Source: Malacoraja senta (Eukaryota). Taken from it: a DNA stretch of 64,000 nucleotides. The notes beneath the pieces were generated by a model. It was not told where the DNA came from, did no database searches, and saw nothing but the letters and a program-made list of their open reading frames with translations. Below are positions 24,229 through 37,394 of this stretch, in pieces. The stretch's first letter is position 1. Each line of letters opens with the position of its first letter. The stretch spans positions 14,818,001 to 14,882,000 of the forward strand of contig CM075987.1 in assembly GCA_038087875.1 (NCBI GenBank), written 5' to 3'. A program made the translations under genes and the position numbers.

Positions 24229-24697
24229 CTCACTCCCCTTGCTGGCTTCCTAATTTCTTATCAATATGATTATCCTCAAATGCTTGTTGAAACATCTGCA
24301 CTCACTCACGGGGAAAGTTACAGTATATTGAGTTGAGGTTATAAGATGTGAAGTTCCAGCAACACGAGTTGGTAACATTCATTAGTCCCACAGAATAACT
24401 GGACTACACTCAGAATCTCATGAAATTGCAGACGTTGTAATCTAAAACAAAACAGAAAGTGTTGGTGGAACTCATAGGGTCAGGCTGCATCTGCGAAGGG
24501 AATAGACAAGCGACATTTTAGATTGGGACCCTTCTTTAGATCGATGGAATAGTGGGGGGGGGGGGGAAGCAGGAATAGAGAGAGGGTAAGAACAAAACAA
24601 AATGAACAGGCAATCTTTTGGGTTAGGGTAATTTTTTTTTTTTAATGGAGAGTATCAAGGGAGAGAAAGCTGGTATATGAGGAGTTTGGTTTATTTA

Positions 24698-25038
24698 TGG
24701 GCCTGTCCCACTTACACGACTTTTTTGGCGACTACTGGCACCCGTCATAGGTCATTGCAGGTTGGCGAAAATTTTCAACATGTTGAAAATTCAGCGGCGA
24801 CCAGAAAGAGGCTACGACTCTTTGGACGACCGATGAGACTACTCACGACCATACAGGCGACACCCTGGTGACACGTCGAGGGGTGAAGCCTGTATGGTCG
24901 TGAGTTGTCGCCCAAAGAGTTGTACCTTGTTCTGGTCGCTGCTGGATTTTCAACATGTTGAACATTTTCGGCGACCTGTAACGACCTATGACGGATGCCG
25001 GCAGTCACCGAAAAAGTCGCGTAAGTGGGACAGGCCCA
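24698..25038. mobile_element. PIF/Harbinger-type MITE (341 bp), palindromic along almost its whole length
   Basis: TIRs TGGGCCTGTCCCACTTAC / GTAAGTGGGACAGGCCCA; TTA TSD at 24695-24697 and 25039-25041. Confidence 0.88.
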
Positions 25039-25972
25039 TTACTTAATTCCCCTTAAAATTACTAACATTTTTATTTAAATGTTTTAAGTTTCTTTGCATA
25101 TATTTTGAGTTTTAAATAGGAAGGTATTTGCTGTTGAAAACAAAAGTAATTAAAAAAAAGTTTGAATAGCTTTAATCAATTCAATCATATGTTTATTGTC
25201 TTCCTCTGTTACAGAAACAAAATGTTTCACATCTAATGGCTAGTTTCAATGGTGTTAAGAAATCATTGAATGTTACATTATTTGATAAGATATTTGTAAG
25301 TCTTAGAAGAGATTTGCCTAGTCAGTATCCAAACCAAACCACTGCAGTGAACCCTCGCTGTGATCCGGTGGCCTATGTTCCTACAGTGGGTTTGATTACT
25401 GTAAGGTGGCTACATGCAAATGGTTTTCTTTTTGAAGTGTGGCTGGATTTTGAATTAACTAGCCGATCGCCCTATTCTATAACTCCTGACGATGTTTGCT
25501 TTTGCAACTAATATTCCTACCTTGAAAATCAATTTGAGTGAATTAGCATAAAATTGGATTCCTATAACCAGTTGTCTTGTAACCCAGTGAGCGAGCTCCT
25601 GTAGATGTTCGTAAGTATTGTGCCACATTGTAACATTTTCTATATGGAGACGATGCATAATCCTTCAGAGTAAGTTGTGAGGTGCTTTAAAATAAAATAA
25701 TCGAATGTTTATGCCCAGTTTTAAGGTTTCAAGATTATTCAGTTATACCGGTTAATGTTTTATTTGTACATTTGCAAATCACCTTGTTTGATAAAGTTAA
25801 TTTGCAGAATGCCTTCCTTGAGATATGTTTCCTTCAGATGGGTTCATTCTGCAAACCATATCATTCATGTATCAGAATTTCAAAGATAGGTCTTTACAAT
25901 GATAAGCTGGCATAGCTACTATGAGAAAATACATCACAAAATTGCTAAATAAACCAGTTTAATAAAGTTAGA

Positions 25973-26071
25973 CATGCCAAAGGACTTGTAGTAAAAATAT
26001 AATAATACATGCTGCTGCAACATGTTAAAAAAAATAGTGAGTTTGTTAGTTGAGTGCATGCACATACATGC
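25973..26071 (-). promoter_or_regulatory. Intronic splicing-regulatory cluster: four (T)GCATG plus one ACTAAC
   Basis: Plus-strand CATGC at 25973, 26008, 26057 and 26067, and GTTAGT at 26045-26050, 220-320 nt downstream of the exon 9 donor. Confidence 0.5.
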
Positions 26072-26292
26072 CCTTTTTTAAAACCAAAAATCAGTAATAA
26101 CAAACCACAACAAGCACAAATAAACAGAACCACATTTTTAAAATTGAAGTAAATTTGAAGGCCAATCAAATTAAAACCACCAACCCCATCACAAGAACGT
26201 CATAAAAGATTACATCAATTACTCAAAATAATGAGTTATTAAATGAGATGATTACTGTAAGGTTCACACACTTAGACACTGAATGCTTTTAC

Positions 26293-26487
26293 CTTATTTT
26301 TCTTGATGAAAGGCCAGAGTTTGCCCTTGGACTTGCCGCTTTTGGAGTCTGGTTTGCCGTCAGGTCTGCTGTTCGAGAGACTACTTTCTGAAACTGTCCG
26401 TTTCATGGCTTGGCTGAAATCCTCAAATTCAACATCTCCTGGCTGCTCAAACCCAGATTTGAAAGACTCGATCACTAACTGTGTGTC
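26293..26487 (-). CDS. FNBP1: FNBP1 coding exon (~exon 9, 195 nt): [65 protein letters not shown]
   Basis: Overlaps ORF 26272..26475; acceptor ttctag|GAC, donor AAG|gtaaaa. Confidence 0.96.
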
Positions 26488-27397
26488 CTAGAATTAAGAA
26501 ACATCCGTCACTTTCAGTTCTCAAGGATTTTCTGTTGCAAAAGCAAAATATTAACCAAACTTCCATGGGAACTTCACAACCACATGGAGTAAATACATTT
26601 ACTTTGGAAAAACCCATGATTTTATCTTATTTAAGTCAAACTGCACATCCCCATAATACCCAAGATTCAGTGTGATATTTTCTGCAGCAGTGCACATTAT
26701 TTTATCACAAAGAGTTATGCAGAGGTAAAATAAACAAAATGGTGAGCTCATTGTGATGTAAAATCTGAATATTTACACGTTGCTTTAGTTTCACCCCACA
26801 CCTTTTCAGACTGCGCAGTGTCAAGCAGAATAATGGGATACCAGATGTGCAGAACCTTCTCATTTGGGCACGATGCTCGAACAATTGAAACTTGTCCCTA
26901 CTGCTTCCTTTTATCCTCACCACACCATAACATAATCTCGTCAAGAGTGTTTTATTGTCATATGTCCCGGACGGGACAATGACATTCTCACTTGCTGCAG
27001 CACAACAGAATATGTGAATATGTAAACATCTCCTTGAAAACGTCACTGCTTTTGTCACTATCCATGGTGAATCATATGATTCCCAATCACCTTTTGTCCC
27101 AAAATCTCCTCACCAGCCAATTCAGTTAAATACAGTAAACTAATATCATTCACCAATTCTTCTTCAACAGTGTTTGACTTTTCTGCATTGGTGATAATGG
27201 GCCCAAATAAAAGCAATGTAATTTACCTTACGCGGCACACAAGGTTTGCAATAAATTCCTGACTCTATTAGATCATAAATTTGAACCAAATACTGTGGCC
27301 AATTATGAGAACTTTCCAAAATAAAATCTCCATTTAGACATGGTCACCAGAACTACTTTGCGGTTTTGGATTCAACACATGGATGTCATTAATTATC

Positions 27398-27700
27398 AGT
27401 TTAGAGATACAGCATGGAAACAGGCCCTTCCGGCCGACCGAGTCTGTGTTGACCAACGATCCCTGCACATTAACATTATTTAGTTAACATTAGGAACAAT
27501 TTACAATTTTACCAAGCCAAATTACCTACGATTCTGTACGCCTTTGGAGTGTGTGAGGAAACTGGAGATCCCAGTGAAAACCCACACAGGTCACGGGGAG
27601 AACGTACACACCCCGTACAGGCAGCACCCATAGTCAGGATCGAACGCAGGTCTCTGACGCTGTAAGGCAGCAACTCTACTGCTGTGCCACCATACTGCCT
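27398..27700 (-). mobile_element. tRNA-derived SINE, HE1/V-SINE type
   Basis: Reverse-strand GGCAGTATGGTGGCACAGCAGTAGAGTTGCTGCCTTACAGCG...GTTCGATCCTGAC head and body. Confidence 0.85.
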
Positions 27701-28545
27701 ATGTCTAACCTCAACCTCTGATGCTCCAAAGAAAACAATACAAGTTTGTATAATCTCTCCTAAAAGATAATACCCTTTAATCAGGCAGCATTCAGGGAAA
27801 TATCTTCCACAAATTTGCTACAATGAAGCAACCAGAACTACACACACTATTCCAAGTGAGGCCTAATCAAAGTTTTATAAAGCTGCAACATGACATTCTG
27901 AAATTTATATTCAATACACCAACCAATGAAAGCAAACATACTTTATGCCTTCTTTACTACCCTGGCTGCTTGTGTTGCTACTTTCAGGGTGCTATGGCCT
28001 TTGACCCCAAGATCCCTCTATACATCAATGCTCTTAAGGGTATGGCCATTAGCTGCATTCTTTCCTCTTACTTTTGACCTCCCAAGGTGCAACACCCCAC
28101 ATTTTCAGATTATACTGCACCTGTCCTTTCTCCATCCATGTCTGTAACTGATCTATATCCCACTGAATCCTTTGACAGCCCTCTTCACATTCTGAAAATC
28201 CTACATTTTTGGTAGAAACAAGGAATTGCACATGCTGATTTACAAAAAAACCCACACATGCTGGAGTAACTCTGCAGGTCAGGCAGCATCTTGGGAGAAC
28301 ATGGATAGGTGACGTTTCAGGTCAGTTTCTGATTCCATCAGTCAGAGGAAAGGTCCTGACCCAAAATGTCACCTATCCATGTTCTCCAGAGATGCTTCCT
28401 GACCCACTGAATTACTCCTGCAGTACTCTAACACTTTGTGTCCAGCAATTGTTGTGTTACATGCAAACTTACTATCCAACTCATCTACATTTTCATACAA
28501 GTCCGTTGTATAGATCACAAACAACAGATACCCCAGCACTAATCC
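27700..28545 (-). mobile_element. Degenerate CR1 RT fragment, interrupted by an inverted PLE-repeat pair at ~28215-28445
   Basis: EGCQRIQWDIDQLQTWMEK.Q.QYN and VLG.LLFVIY..DL.ENV..SKFA motifs. Confidence 0.7.
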
Positions 28546-31283
28546 CCACGAGAAACAGGACTGGCAGATAAAATTTAAAATTAAAACACCCAACTATTTT
28601 GGATTTTTTATTATTACAGCAAATTGAGTCTTTTGATTTGAGAATTTAGTTACACCCAAAATTTACCTTACTATCTGTACATTAGGCAGCTTTGAGAAAA
28701 TAAAGATTTTTTTTTGAAGAAAACCCACGTGTCTAACTACATGGTTGGAACAGATGGTGAAACAACATCTGGAGCAGCTCAGCCTTGCCTCTGGATGAAG
28801 AAGTCAGAGGCCACAACATTGACTTAGATGAACTCATAAACAAACTGAAGAGGAACCATCTGCTCCAATACAAGGATCTCACAGAAAATCTAAATATAGC
28901 GGTGACGCAGTCCCCTAAAGATTGCATCAACAATCAACAGAGGAGACAAGGCTAGGTGGCAGTTTGGCATCACATCCATCCTCATTGTCCCATAGGTAGG
29001 AAAATTAGACAATGTCAACAAGGAAGATGGGAAGGCGTGGGATTGTAAATTTGAAGGAATGGACTAGGGGGACGCGTAAAGCTGCTCAGATATTCAAGCT
29101 TGGAGGGTTATTAAGTTCACGGTTGGATTTCTAACCATTTTGGTCTTGCAAATGAGGGTTGAGAATTGCTAAAATGTGCAACCACCTGAGTGAAGAAACA
29201 CCAAGAGACTCTCCAAGAGTGCATTTCATGTATTTGGTTTTTGTGGAAATGTATGTCCATTGAATATGTACCTCTCTGTACTTGTGCACATGACAATAAA
29301 CCCAACTTGATTTGCAATGACCTAGATTGAAAAGGTCAATGTGGGAAAGTAACATTTTATTTTCATGTTTTTAAATTAATTTCCAGGACATAAAGGTGGT
29401 TCCCAACACAGGGTTAATATTTTTTTAAAAATCCCTTTTCACGGTTTTAAGAGGCAAGTTAATAAAAATTAAAAAGTCCTCTGACGGCAGCAAGTTATCA
29501 AAAAATCACAACTGCAATCTGGAGGTGGAGCCTCATGATCTGGTGACTCGGGGACTGGTTGCTAACTGTGGTCTGTTCTATTTGCTTTGAACTCAACTGG
29601 ATTCATGGAGCACGATCCAACGCAAAGCTCCGACATCCAGGCTTTGCTGCTTCCCCATAAATCTAAAACATCACCTCTGTTTTCCTAACTAACAAGCCAA
29701 CATATCAGCAATGCACAGAACGTAATCAACAGGAAATTACAACCTGATAATGGCTTTGAAAGCATTTTTGTACTCAGGCACGTATTTAAATTATTATTGG
29801 GTGATGGTAATCTGATTCAAGATAAAGAGAAATTAAGTTACAGAAAAGTTTCACGAACAACCCGTGAACAAAGGGGAAACAGAACTGGATTTCTGCATTT
29901 AAGGGCACAATAGTAAAATGTATGCTGTATTGTATAGAAACAAGTGTAGATGCTGGCTTACAAAAAAAAAAAACACAAAACACTGGGGCCCTTCTTCAGA
30001 CTCTAGTATTGCATACTTTGATTCATATACCAGAGATCCCCGAGCAGGTTCACTTGAAAGTGTCTGGTGCTAGAAATAATATTGATGCACGGGGCCAGAG
30101 AGGGGAAAGTGATTCTTAATTCTTAAGGCAAGTTTTTTTTACACAACGGTTGGTGCCTGTATCCCACTGCCTGGGGTGGTGGAGATAGATACGATAGTGG
30201 TGTTTAAGGGACTTTTAGATGGGCACATGGATATGGAAGGAATGGATCATGTCCAGGCAGAGGGGATTAGTTTAATCTGGCTTCATGTTCGTCATGGACA
30301 TTGTGGGCCAAAGGGCCTGTTCCTGTGCTGTACTGTTTGTTCTATGTTCTGTGTTATTTGCTGTTCAGTGAACCCCTGGTATCCCACGCCTGTTTTCGCT
30401 TGTGTGAGATCAGACGACTGACCAATAAGCAGAACATACCAAGGGGGTGAAAGCTGAGTTTTACCCTGAGCACATCCAACCTCAGTCCCATAAAGAACGG
30501 AAAGAATGCTCCAAACAACCGTTTCATATTGATCCACGCCCGCCTTAATTCACTTTTAAATCCTATTTCCAAAGACATCAGCACTGAAACAAATTTGGCC
30601 ACAAATGAGGTTAGGAACCCACTTAACTGCTCCCATGATAGGATTGTTTTACAGCTTTCATAACACAAATACATTTTGCAAGTCATAAGATTTATGTCTT
30701 GTGGAATACTGGTGAATCACTAAGCAATGACCGTCTTAAATGAGCCGTCACTTCTCAGTGGATCTATTCACATTATAAAAACTTGAAATGTAGATTCTGC
30801 AGAGCACTGATTGATTCCAAATACATTTTCAGAAGACAAATTTAAAACTGACATTTTGTCAATAATTAAACGAGACCTTCATAAACATTTTCTTTCAAAA
30901 CCAAAACCAAAAGATTTATTTATTTTACTGGAGTTCCATCATTGCCAGAAACAAAACAGCTGAAACCAGCCCAAGCCAGAGGATCAACGTCTCATCTTCC
31001 ATTGGGACAGATTGCACCCTACGAATCTCAGGATCAAAGTCTCACTCTCTCATACTGTTTCTTGCATGAACTGGTCGTTTTGCCTGCCATCATTTTGGCT
31101 CAGTTTTCCTTTTTCTGTTTAGGGCAATTTGGCCCACAGAGCACATCCCACAGCTTCACGTTACACAAACCAACTTAATCTGATTTTATCTGCTCATTAA
31201 TTGCCACACGAGGTCATCCAATCTCACCCATACACCGAAACTCCTATCTGTTGTTCCATTCATGCCCTTCCTCCATCTTCAAT

Positions 31284-31457
31284 ACAATAGACAATAGACA
31301 ATAGGTGCAGGAGTAGGCCATTCGGCCCTTCAAACCAGCACCGCCATTCAATGTGATCATGGCTGATCATCCCCAATCAGTACCCCGTTCCTGACTTCTC
31401 CCCATATCCCCTGACTCTGCTATTTTTAAGAGCCCTATCTAGCTCTCTCTTGAAAGC
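31284..31457 (-). mobile_element. Young CR1 3' end with (CTATTGT)n tail
   Basis: Close reverse complement of 35210-35380. Confidence 0.85.
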
Positions 31458-33309
31458 ACACATGTACATATGACAATTGAATATTCTTGGCTTCTTTGAA
31501 TGTTAACAGTTTCCTTATCCTCAGATGTTGCTTGAGCGTATCTAGCATCTTCTACAGAATAGAAAATTCACCATTTTGAAAAGTATTTGAAGCAAATAGC
31601 TTGGGCTCATTTAAGGAGAAACTGGATGAGTAGACAAAGGAGAAAGGAAATGCAAAATATGATAAGGACAGATGAGGGGAAAAAACCTTTGATGGAACAA
31701 AAATAGTCATATTCACCAATTTTTGAGTTGTGCACAACTTAATTCCATGTAATATTATAATATTGAAGCAACAATTAGTATTAAATCAATGGGGAATAAA
31801 CTTGATGGAAAAACACACCACTCCCAGGCTGCACTGTAAAGTGTCCAAAATAATTAAATGTTGTTAAAATCTACACTTGGTTTCAATGGTGTAAGATGGA
31901 AGGTCACAGTGGGAATGGGAAAGAAGCATTCCTGACAAACTAGGCCACGAGGCTGCAGTTGTTGGTAAATGTGAGGTTTTCATCTGAGGCGTTATCTTGT
32001 CTGCATGTGGTTGACCTATAATTATCTCAATATGTTTCCACAATACGTGACTAAATTCAAATCACATTGTACAAAACTGAAGACAGGGCAATGCTTTTGG
32101 ATAAATGTTCGTACATATTTAAACTCTTTCCTTGTTTTGACAGGTTTAAAACACCCGTTTCGATACACCACCTTAAAAAGGCCAACACTCAAACCTTAAC
32201 ATGTCCGTTTCTCACAGATGTTGACTGACTTGTTTTTCCAGCACTGCGAGTTATTGCACCTGACTGGAGGAACTCAGCAGTTTAGTCAACATTTGTGGAG
32301 AGAATGGACATAAGATATTTAAGGTTGGGACCCTTCTGCACACTGATTCAGACAAATGAAAGGTCCCTACCTAAAACGTAGTTTGTCCATTACCCATTAC
32401 AGATGTCGCCTGACCCGCTGAGTTTCTCCAGCATTTTGTGTTTTGCTTAAGATTCCAGCATCTGCAATTTCTTATGTCTCAATTATTGCATCTTACATCT
32501 ATTAAATCTTAAAGCAAAGAGTGTTGAAAACTAGTGTCCACACAACACCAACTACATAGGCCTGACTGATTCAGCACAAGATTTTAATGTCCAGCAAAAA
32601 GAGCTGTATGAACTGTCAACTATTCTGCCACTGTACAAAAGTACTAGTACAATATTCTTTACTTGTCCTGCAATTTCTAGATCTGCAGAAGCCAATATGT
32701 GGATGATTCTGCAACTGGTCAGTGCGTTTGATCCACACCACCAGCAATGTGTCAGAGCAGTTGACGATCACGTACAAAGAACCATGGAGTGGTGTTTGCA
32801 AATAGGTCAACACTCTATCTTGTACTTGGTTAACCACACTGTGCAGAAAATAAAAACGTCCTAACATTAAAGTCTGGAGTCAGTATAACTATTTATTTTA
32901 CTCTCAAGGTGAGAAGTTACTCAGGGTTAGTCATGGACACATGTAGCACAAAACAGGCCCTTCGACCCACCAAGACTATGCTGATCATCAACAGCACATT
33001 TACACTAATCTATATTATTGTCATTTTTAATTCTCTCAAATTCTCATCACGTCTCTCCAAGTCTTTACCAACGTTACAATTCTAGGTTTATTTATTCTGT
33101 ATTTGTTCAGTATTTATTTATGATTACTTTTCTTGATAAAGTTAATTGTATTGCAGAAAAGTAATGCTACATCATTAAATAGCCCAAGATAAAATCAATA
33201 TTTGCAAAGTTAAGAAAATTAAATCAAATTTAATTCTATGACTTTAACTTCTTTAACTCTGACTTTATCTACGACTCTAAATATTGTGTATAATTGTCCC
33301 ATGACTCAC

Positions 33310-33456
33310 CTGCTTTTCATCAATAGATTCAGCCGCCTTCGTGATTTCATCAAGACACTTCCCAATGATAGGAATAACCTTTCTGTCAACCTCAGAGAAG
33401 GTCTTCATCGAATCACCGATTCTAACTATTCTTCTCTCATCCAGATCTTGAATTTT
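33310..33456 (-). CDS. FNBP1: FNBP1 coding exon (~exon 8, 147 nt): [49 protein letters not shown]
   Basis: Within ORF 33277..33465; acceptor tttcag|AAA, donor CAG|gtgagt. Confidence 0.96.
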
Positions 33457-34069
33457 CTGAAACAATATGAATTCACATTTGATAGCAATGAATAACCTGT
33501 GCTTATGAGGCCTGGAGTTAAAACTGCAGTGAACCTCGAGGTAGAGCCCACATCATTTGTGTTTTGGCCCCTGTTTAATTACTTAGACAAGGATTGGCAG
33601 AGAGCATTCGGCCTGAATTAAACTTAAAACAACAGAATAAAGATTCAACCATTTTAAAATATTGAGGATGAATCCGAGTTCCTGATTTGTAGTTGTCAAA
33701 GATCCCAATACATAAACAAAATGCAATGAAGCAATTTGCTGGTCATTTTTGAAAGCACCTCAAGAATATTCAACCTCTATTCAATAGATAGGGTGAAAGC
33801 ACGTAGTCTTTTTCCCCGGTGTAGAGGAATCAAGAACTAGAAGACATAGGTTTAAAGGGAGAGAGGAAAGATTCAATAAAAACCCATGTACTTGAGGCAG
33901 GTATAATAACATTTAAAACCCATTTGGACAGATATTTGGATAGGAAAAGTTTAGAGGTACATGGGCCAAACACACGTAAATGCGACAAGCTTAGATGGGG
34001 CATCATGGTTTGTCATGGACGAGTTAGGCCAATTAGTTGACTCTATGGCTGGTTATCTGATGTTGCTAA

Positions 34070-34570
34070 AACCAATGTTGAGTCCAAAACCTGCAGCAAG
34101 CCCAGACATTGGGACTTGGATACAACACTGTCAGCTGCTAAAGATAGCAAAGTCAGAATATTAGTGGGATAGAGACTTAAAGTGACAGACATCTCGAAAC
34201 AGAGAGCCAGGCTTGGGTCAGTGTGGACGTGTTCTGAAAGCAGTCAACTAATCTGGGGGTGGTTCCTCCAGTATCGAGAAGACCACCTTGTGAGCACTGA
34301 GTTGTCATATGCTAAATTGGAAGGAACTCAAGTGAATTGCTGCTGCGCTTGTTAGGAGAGTTTGGATCTCTGGATGAGGTGAGGGAAGAAACATGGAAAA
34401 GGAAAGATGTTGCATCCCTCATCGTTTTGTGTGGGGTGTCTTGAGAAGGAATCAGTTGTTGGTGGTGGGGGAACTAGGGAGTCACAGAATAAATTGTCCT
34501 CTTGGAATGCTGGAAGGGGAATGGAAGGGAAGCTGCGACTGGTGGTGGCATCTCACTGAAACCACAACGG
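34070..34570 (-). mobile_element. Old degenerate PLE endonuclease fragment
   Basis: Similar to the GIY-YIG region at 47700-48220. Confidence 0.5.
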
Positions 34571-35069
34571 GAAATGTATTGGTAGGGTACCGTAAACACG
34601 AGAGAGCAAAGCAATAGGGAGTTGTACGTAATGATCCAACAGCTAAATCCACTGGGACTACTCAGTAAATTAACACATTAACCATTGCTTTGCAATCCCA
34701 CTTTGGAGAAATATGTTCCAACACCAAACAGTTTATGCACAGACCCCCCCCATTAGCAACACCTGCTAATAACTAACAACATTACTAGAGGGCAGCTTTA
34801 AGGTGAGAGAGGCCAAGTTTAAAGGAAATGTGCAGGGCAAGTTTTTTTACCCCCACACAGAGTTGAGGGTCACCGGAACACGCTGCCAGGTGTATTGATG
34901 GAGGCAGGTACAATATGGCATTTTAAAGGTTTTTTGATAAGACACATTGATATATGTAGGGAAAAGAGGAATCACATGCAGGCTGAGGAGATTAGTATTA
35001 GCTTGTAAGCATGCTCGCACAGATGTTGTGGGCCGAAAGGACTGTTCCTGTGCCGTACTCTTCTATGTG

Positions 35070-35378
35070 TCCAGAACCAGGGGCCACAGTTTAAGAATAA
35101 GGAGTAAGCCATTTAGAACGGAGACGAGGAAACACTTTTTCTCACAGAGAGTGGTGAGTCTGTGGAATTCTCTGCCTCAGAGGGCGGTGGAGGCAGGTTC
35201 TCTGGATGCTTTCAAGAGAGAGCTAGATAGGGCTCTTAAAAATAGCGGAGTCGGGGGATATGGGGAGAAGGCAGGAACGGGGTACTGATTGGGGATGATC
35301 AGCCATGATCACATTGAATGGCTCAAAGGGCCAAATGGCCTTCTCCTGCACCTATTGTCTAATGTCTATTGTCTATTG
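35070..35378 (+). mobile_element. Young 5'-truncated CR1 inserted in an older CR1 tail; 8-bp TSD
   Basis: RTRGHSLRI...FFSQRVVSLWNSLPQRAVEA; (CTATTGT)n tail; TCTATGTG at 35062-35069 and 35379-35386. Confidence 0.85.
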
Positions 35379-35433
35379 TCTATGTGCTATATTATAACCT
35401 TACATAGGCTAAAGTAACATGATTTCAGCTTAC

Positions 35434-35562
35434 CTGGAAAATATTTGGTATGTTTGTATAATAATGTTCATGCTGTTCCTTGTTGAAGTTCTGCAGAATG
35501 CTGCAATATTCTGCCTTGCTATCTGAAGCCATCTGGTGTCGGGTAAGGGCTTGCTGCCGAGC
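35434..35562 (-). CDS. FNBP1: FNBP1 coding exon (~exon 7, 129 nt): [43 protein letters not shown]
   Basis: Acceptor gcgcag|GCT, donor CAG|gtaagc. Confidence 0.95.
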
Positions 35563-36029
35563 CTGCGCAGAGATAGTCACAAAGAGTCATTTGATCCACA
35601 GTGTTATACGTGAATCTCAGATCATCTTGTTCACGGTTTCAAATATTATATATCAGACAATAACTATCTGAGGGAACTTGGAAACCAACAAATATTCAAC
35701 AGAAGAAACAAAGGATCTGTGCACATCAAAAATGCAAGCGATAGTGACCGAGAAATATATGAAAATAAAACAACACGGAATAAGAGGAGGTTAATCACAG
35801 GATGATACCGCTTGGAAGGCTCATTGAGTCCAACTTGCTCTACTTAAGAACAATCCAGCTAGTCTCACTCTCATGCCCTCTCCCCACAAGCCTGTAAATA
35901 TTTTCATGATTTTAGGAGGCCCTGCAGCAGCCGGGTGAGCGAGCGGATTGAGCGTAGCCTGCAGCAGCTGCACGGAATGGCAGTGGGAGGAGCTGACAGC
36001 ATCGCGTTGGACCAGGCCAGGCTCTACTT

Positions 36030-36540
36030 CATTTGAGGAAGGACATTCTTGCTATTGAGGGAGTGCAACGTAGGTTCACCAGGCTAATTCCCGGGATGGA
36101 GGGACTGACATATGATGAAAGAATGGGTCGACTAGGCTTGTATTCACTGAAATTTAGAAGGATGAGAGGGAACCTTCTAGAAACATATACAATTCTTAAA
36201 GGATTAGACAGGCTAGAAGCAGGAAAAATGTTCCCCATGTTGGGGGAAGTCCAGAACCAGGGGTTCCAGTTTAAGAATAAGGGGTAGGCCATTTAGGACT
36301 GAGATGAGGAAAAACATCTTCACCCAGAGAGTTGTGGAGGCCAGTGGAGGCCAATTCAATTGGATGTTTTCAAGAGAGAGTTTGATTTAGTTCTCAGGGC
36401 TGAAGGAATCAAGGGATATTGGGAAAAAGCAGGAACAGGGTACTAATTTTAGATGATCAGCCATGATCATATTGAATGGCGGTGCTGGCTTGAAGGGCCT
36501 AATGGCCTACTCCTACACCTATTTTTCTATGTTTCTATTG
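36030..36540 (+). mobile_element. CR1 LINE 3' end, preceded by a GC-rich stub at 35915-36029
   Basis: RKDILAIEGVQRRFTRLIPGMEGLTYDERMGRLGLYSL; standard CR1 3' UTR. Confidence 0.88.
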
Positions 36541-37171
36541 ACCCAGAACACCAGGCCTTACAGTGAGAAAATAAAATATTACAGCTCGCCTTGGGCCAAG
36601 ATCGGACTTTTCAGAGACTTGGAAGTTGTAAGATGGAGGTGCAAGATCTCTGCACCCTGAAGAGGATCTATTGTAATCATCTATAGTACAATTCTCCTCT
36701 GCACTCTCTCCAAGACCTTCATTCCTTCCTGAAATGTGAGGCCCAGCAGGCACATTATACTCCAGCTGCAGCTGGACTGGTATGTTGTAAAGGCTCAGTG
36801 TGACCTTCTTACTCTTGTGTATTCTAAAATTCTATCAATTGAGCTGGGTGTCCCATACACGTTTGAACCATCTTCTCAACCTTCTCAAAAGAGATTTGAA
36901 CAGATGTATGGATTGGAAGGTTTAGAGGGCAATTGGCCAAATACAGAAAAATGGGACCAGCCCAACATGCCAACTTGGTCGGTTTGGACAAGATGGGCCG
37001 AAGGTCCTGGTTCATTGCTGTACAGCTCTATGATTTACTCTCCTCTTCCCCGCTATCAATAAACAAAAACCATAAACCTCGACTACATGTAAACAAGCCC
37101 TTTGGCCTGCTTGTCTATGGCGACTGGCTGGCAAACTGGGCTAGCCCCATTTGGCCCATATCCCTCTTAAC

Positions 37172-37394
37172 CAGGGGTTCCCAACCTTTTTCATCCTGTT
37201 TACCCTAGGCAACTTTTTGAAAGTAATTTTACCCCCACCCTGTTTTGTGCAGTAATTTGAGTTTACACCTACCATAATAAAGCAACCGACAAAGGGGAAA
37301 TTTTAAAGTACTGTTTTTAACATTATTATTTTAAGTTCCAGAATCAACAAATTTACCAACTGGGGGTAAATTTACCCCAGGTTGGGAACCCTTG
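37172..37394. mobile_element. hAT (Charlie-type) MITE, 223 bp, inserted in a CR1 tail
   Basis: TIRs CAGGGGTTCCCAACCT / AGGTTGGGAACCCTTG; 8-bp TSD CTCTTAAC (37164-37171) and CTCTAAAC (37395-37402). Confidence 0.85.
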
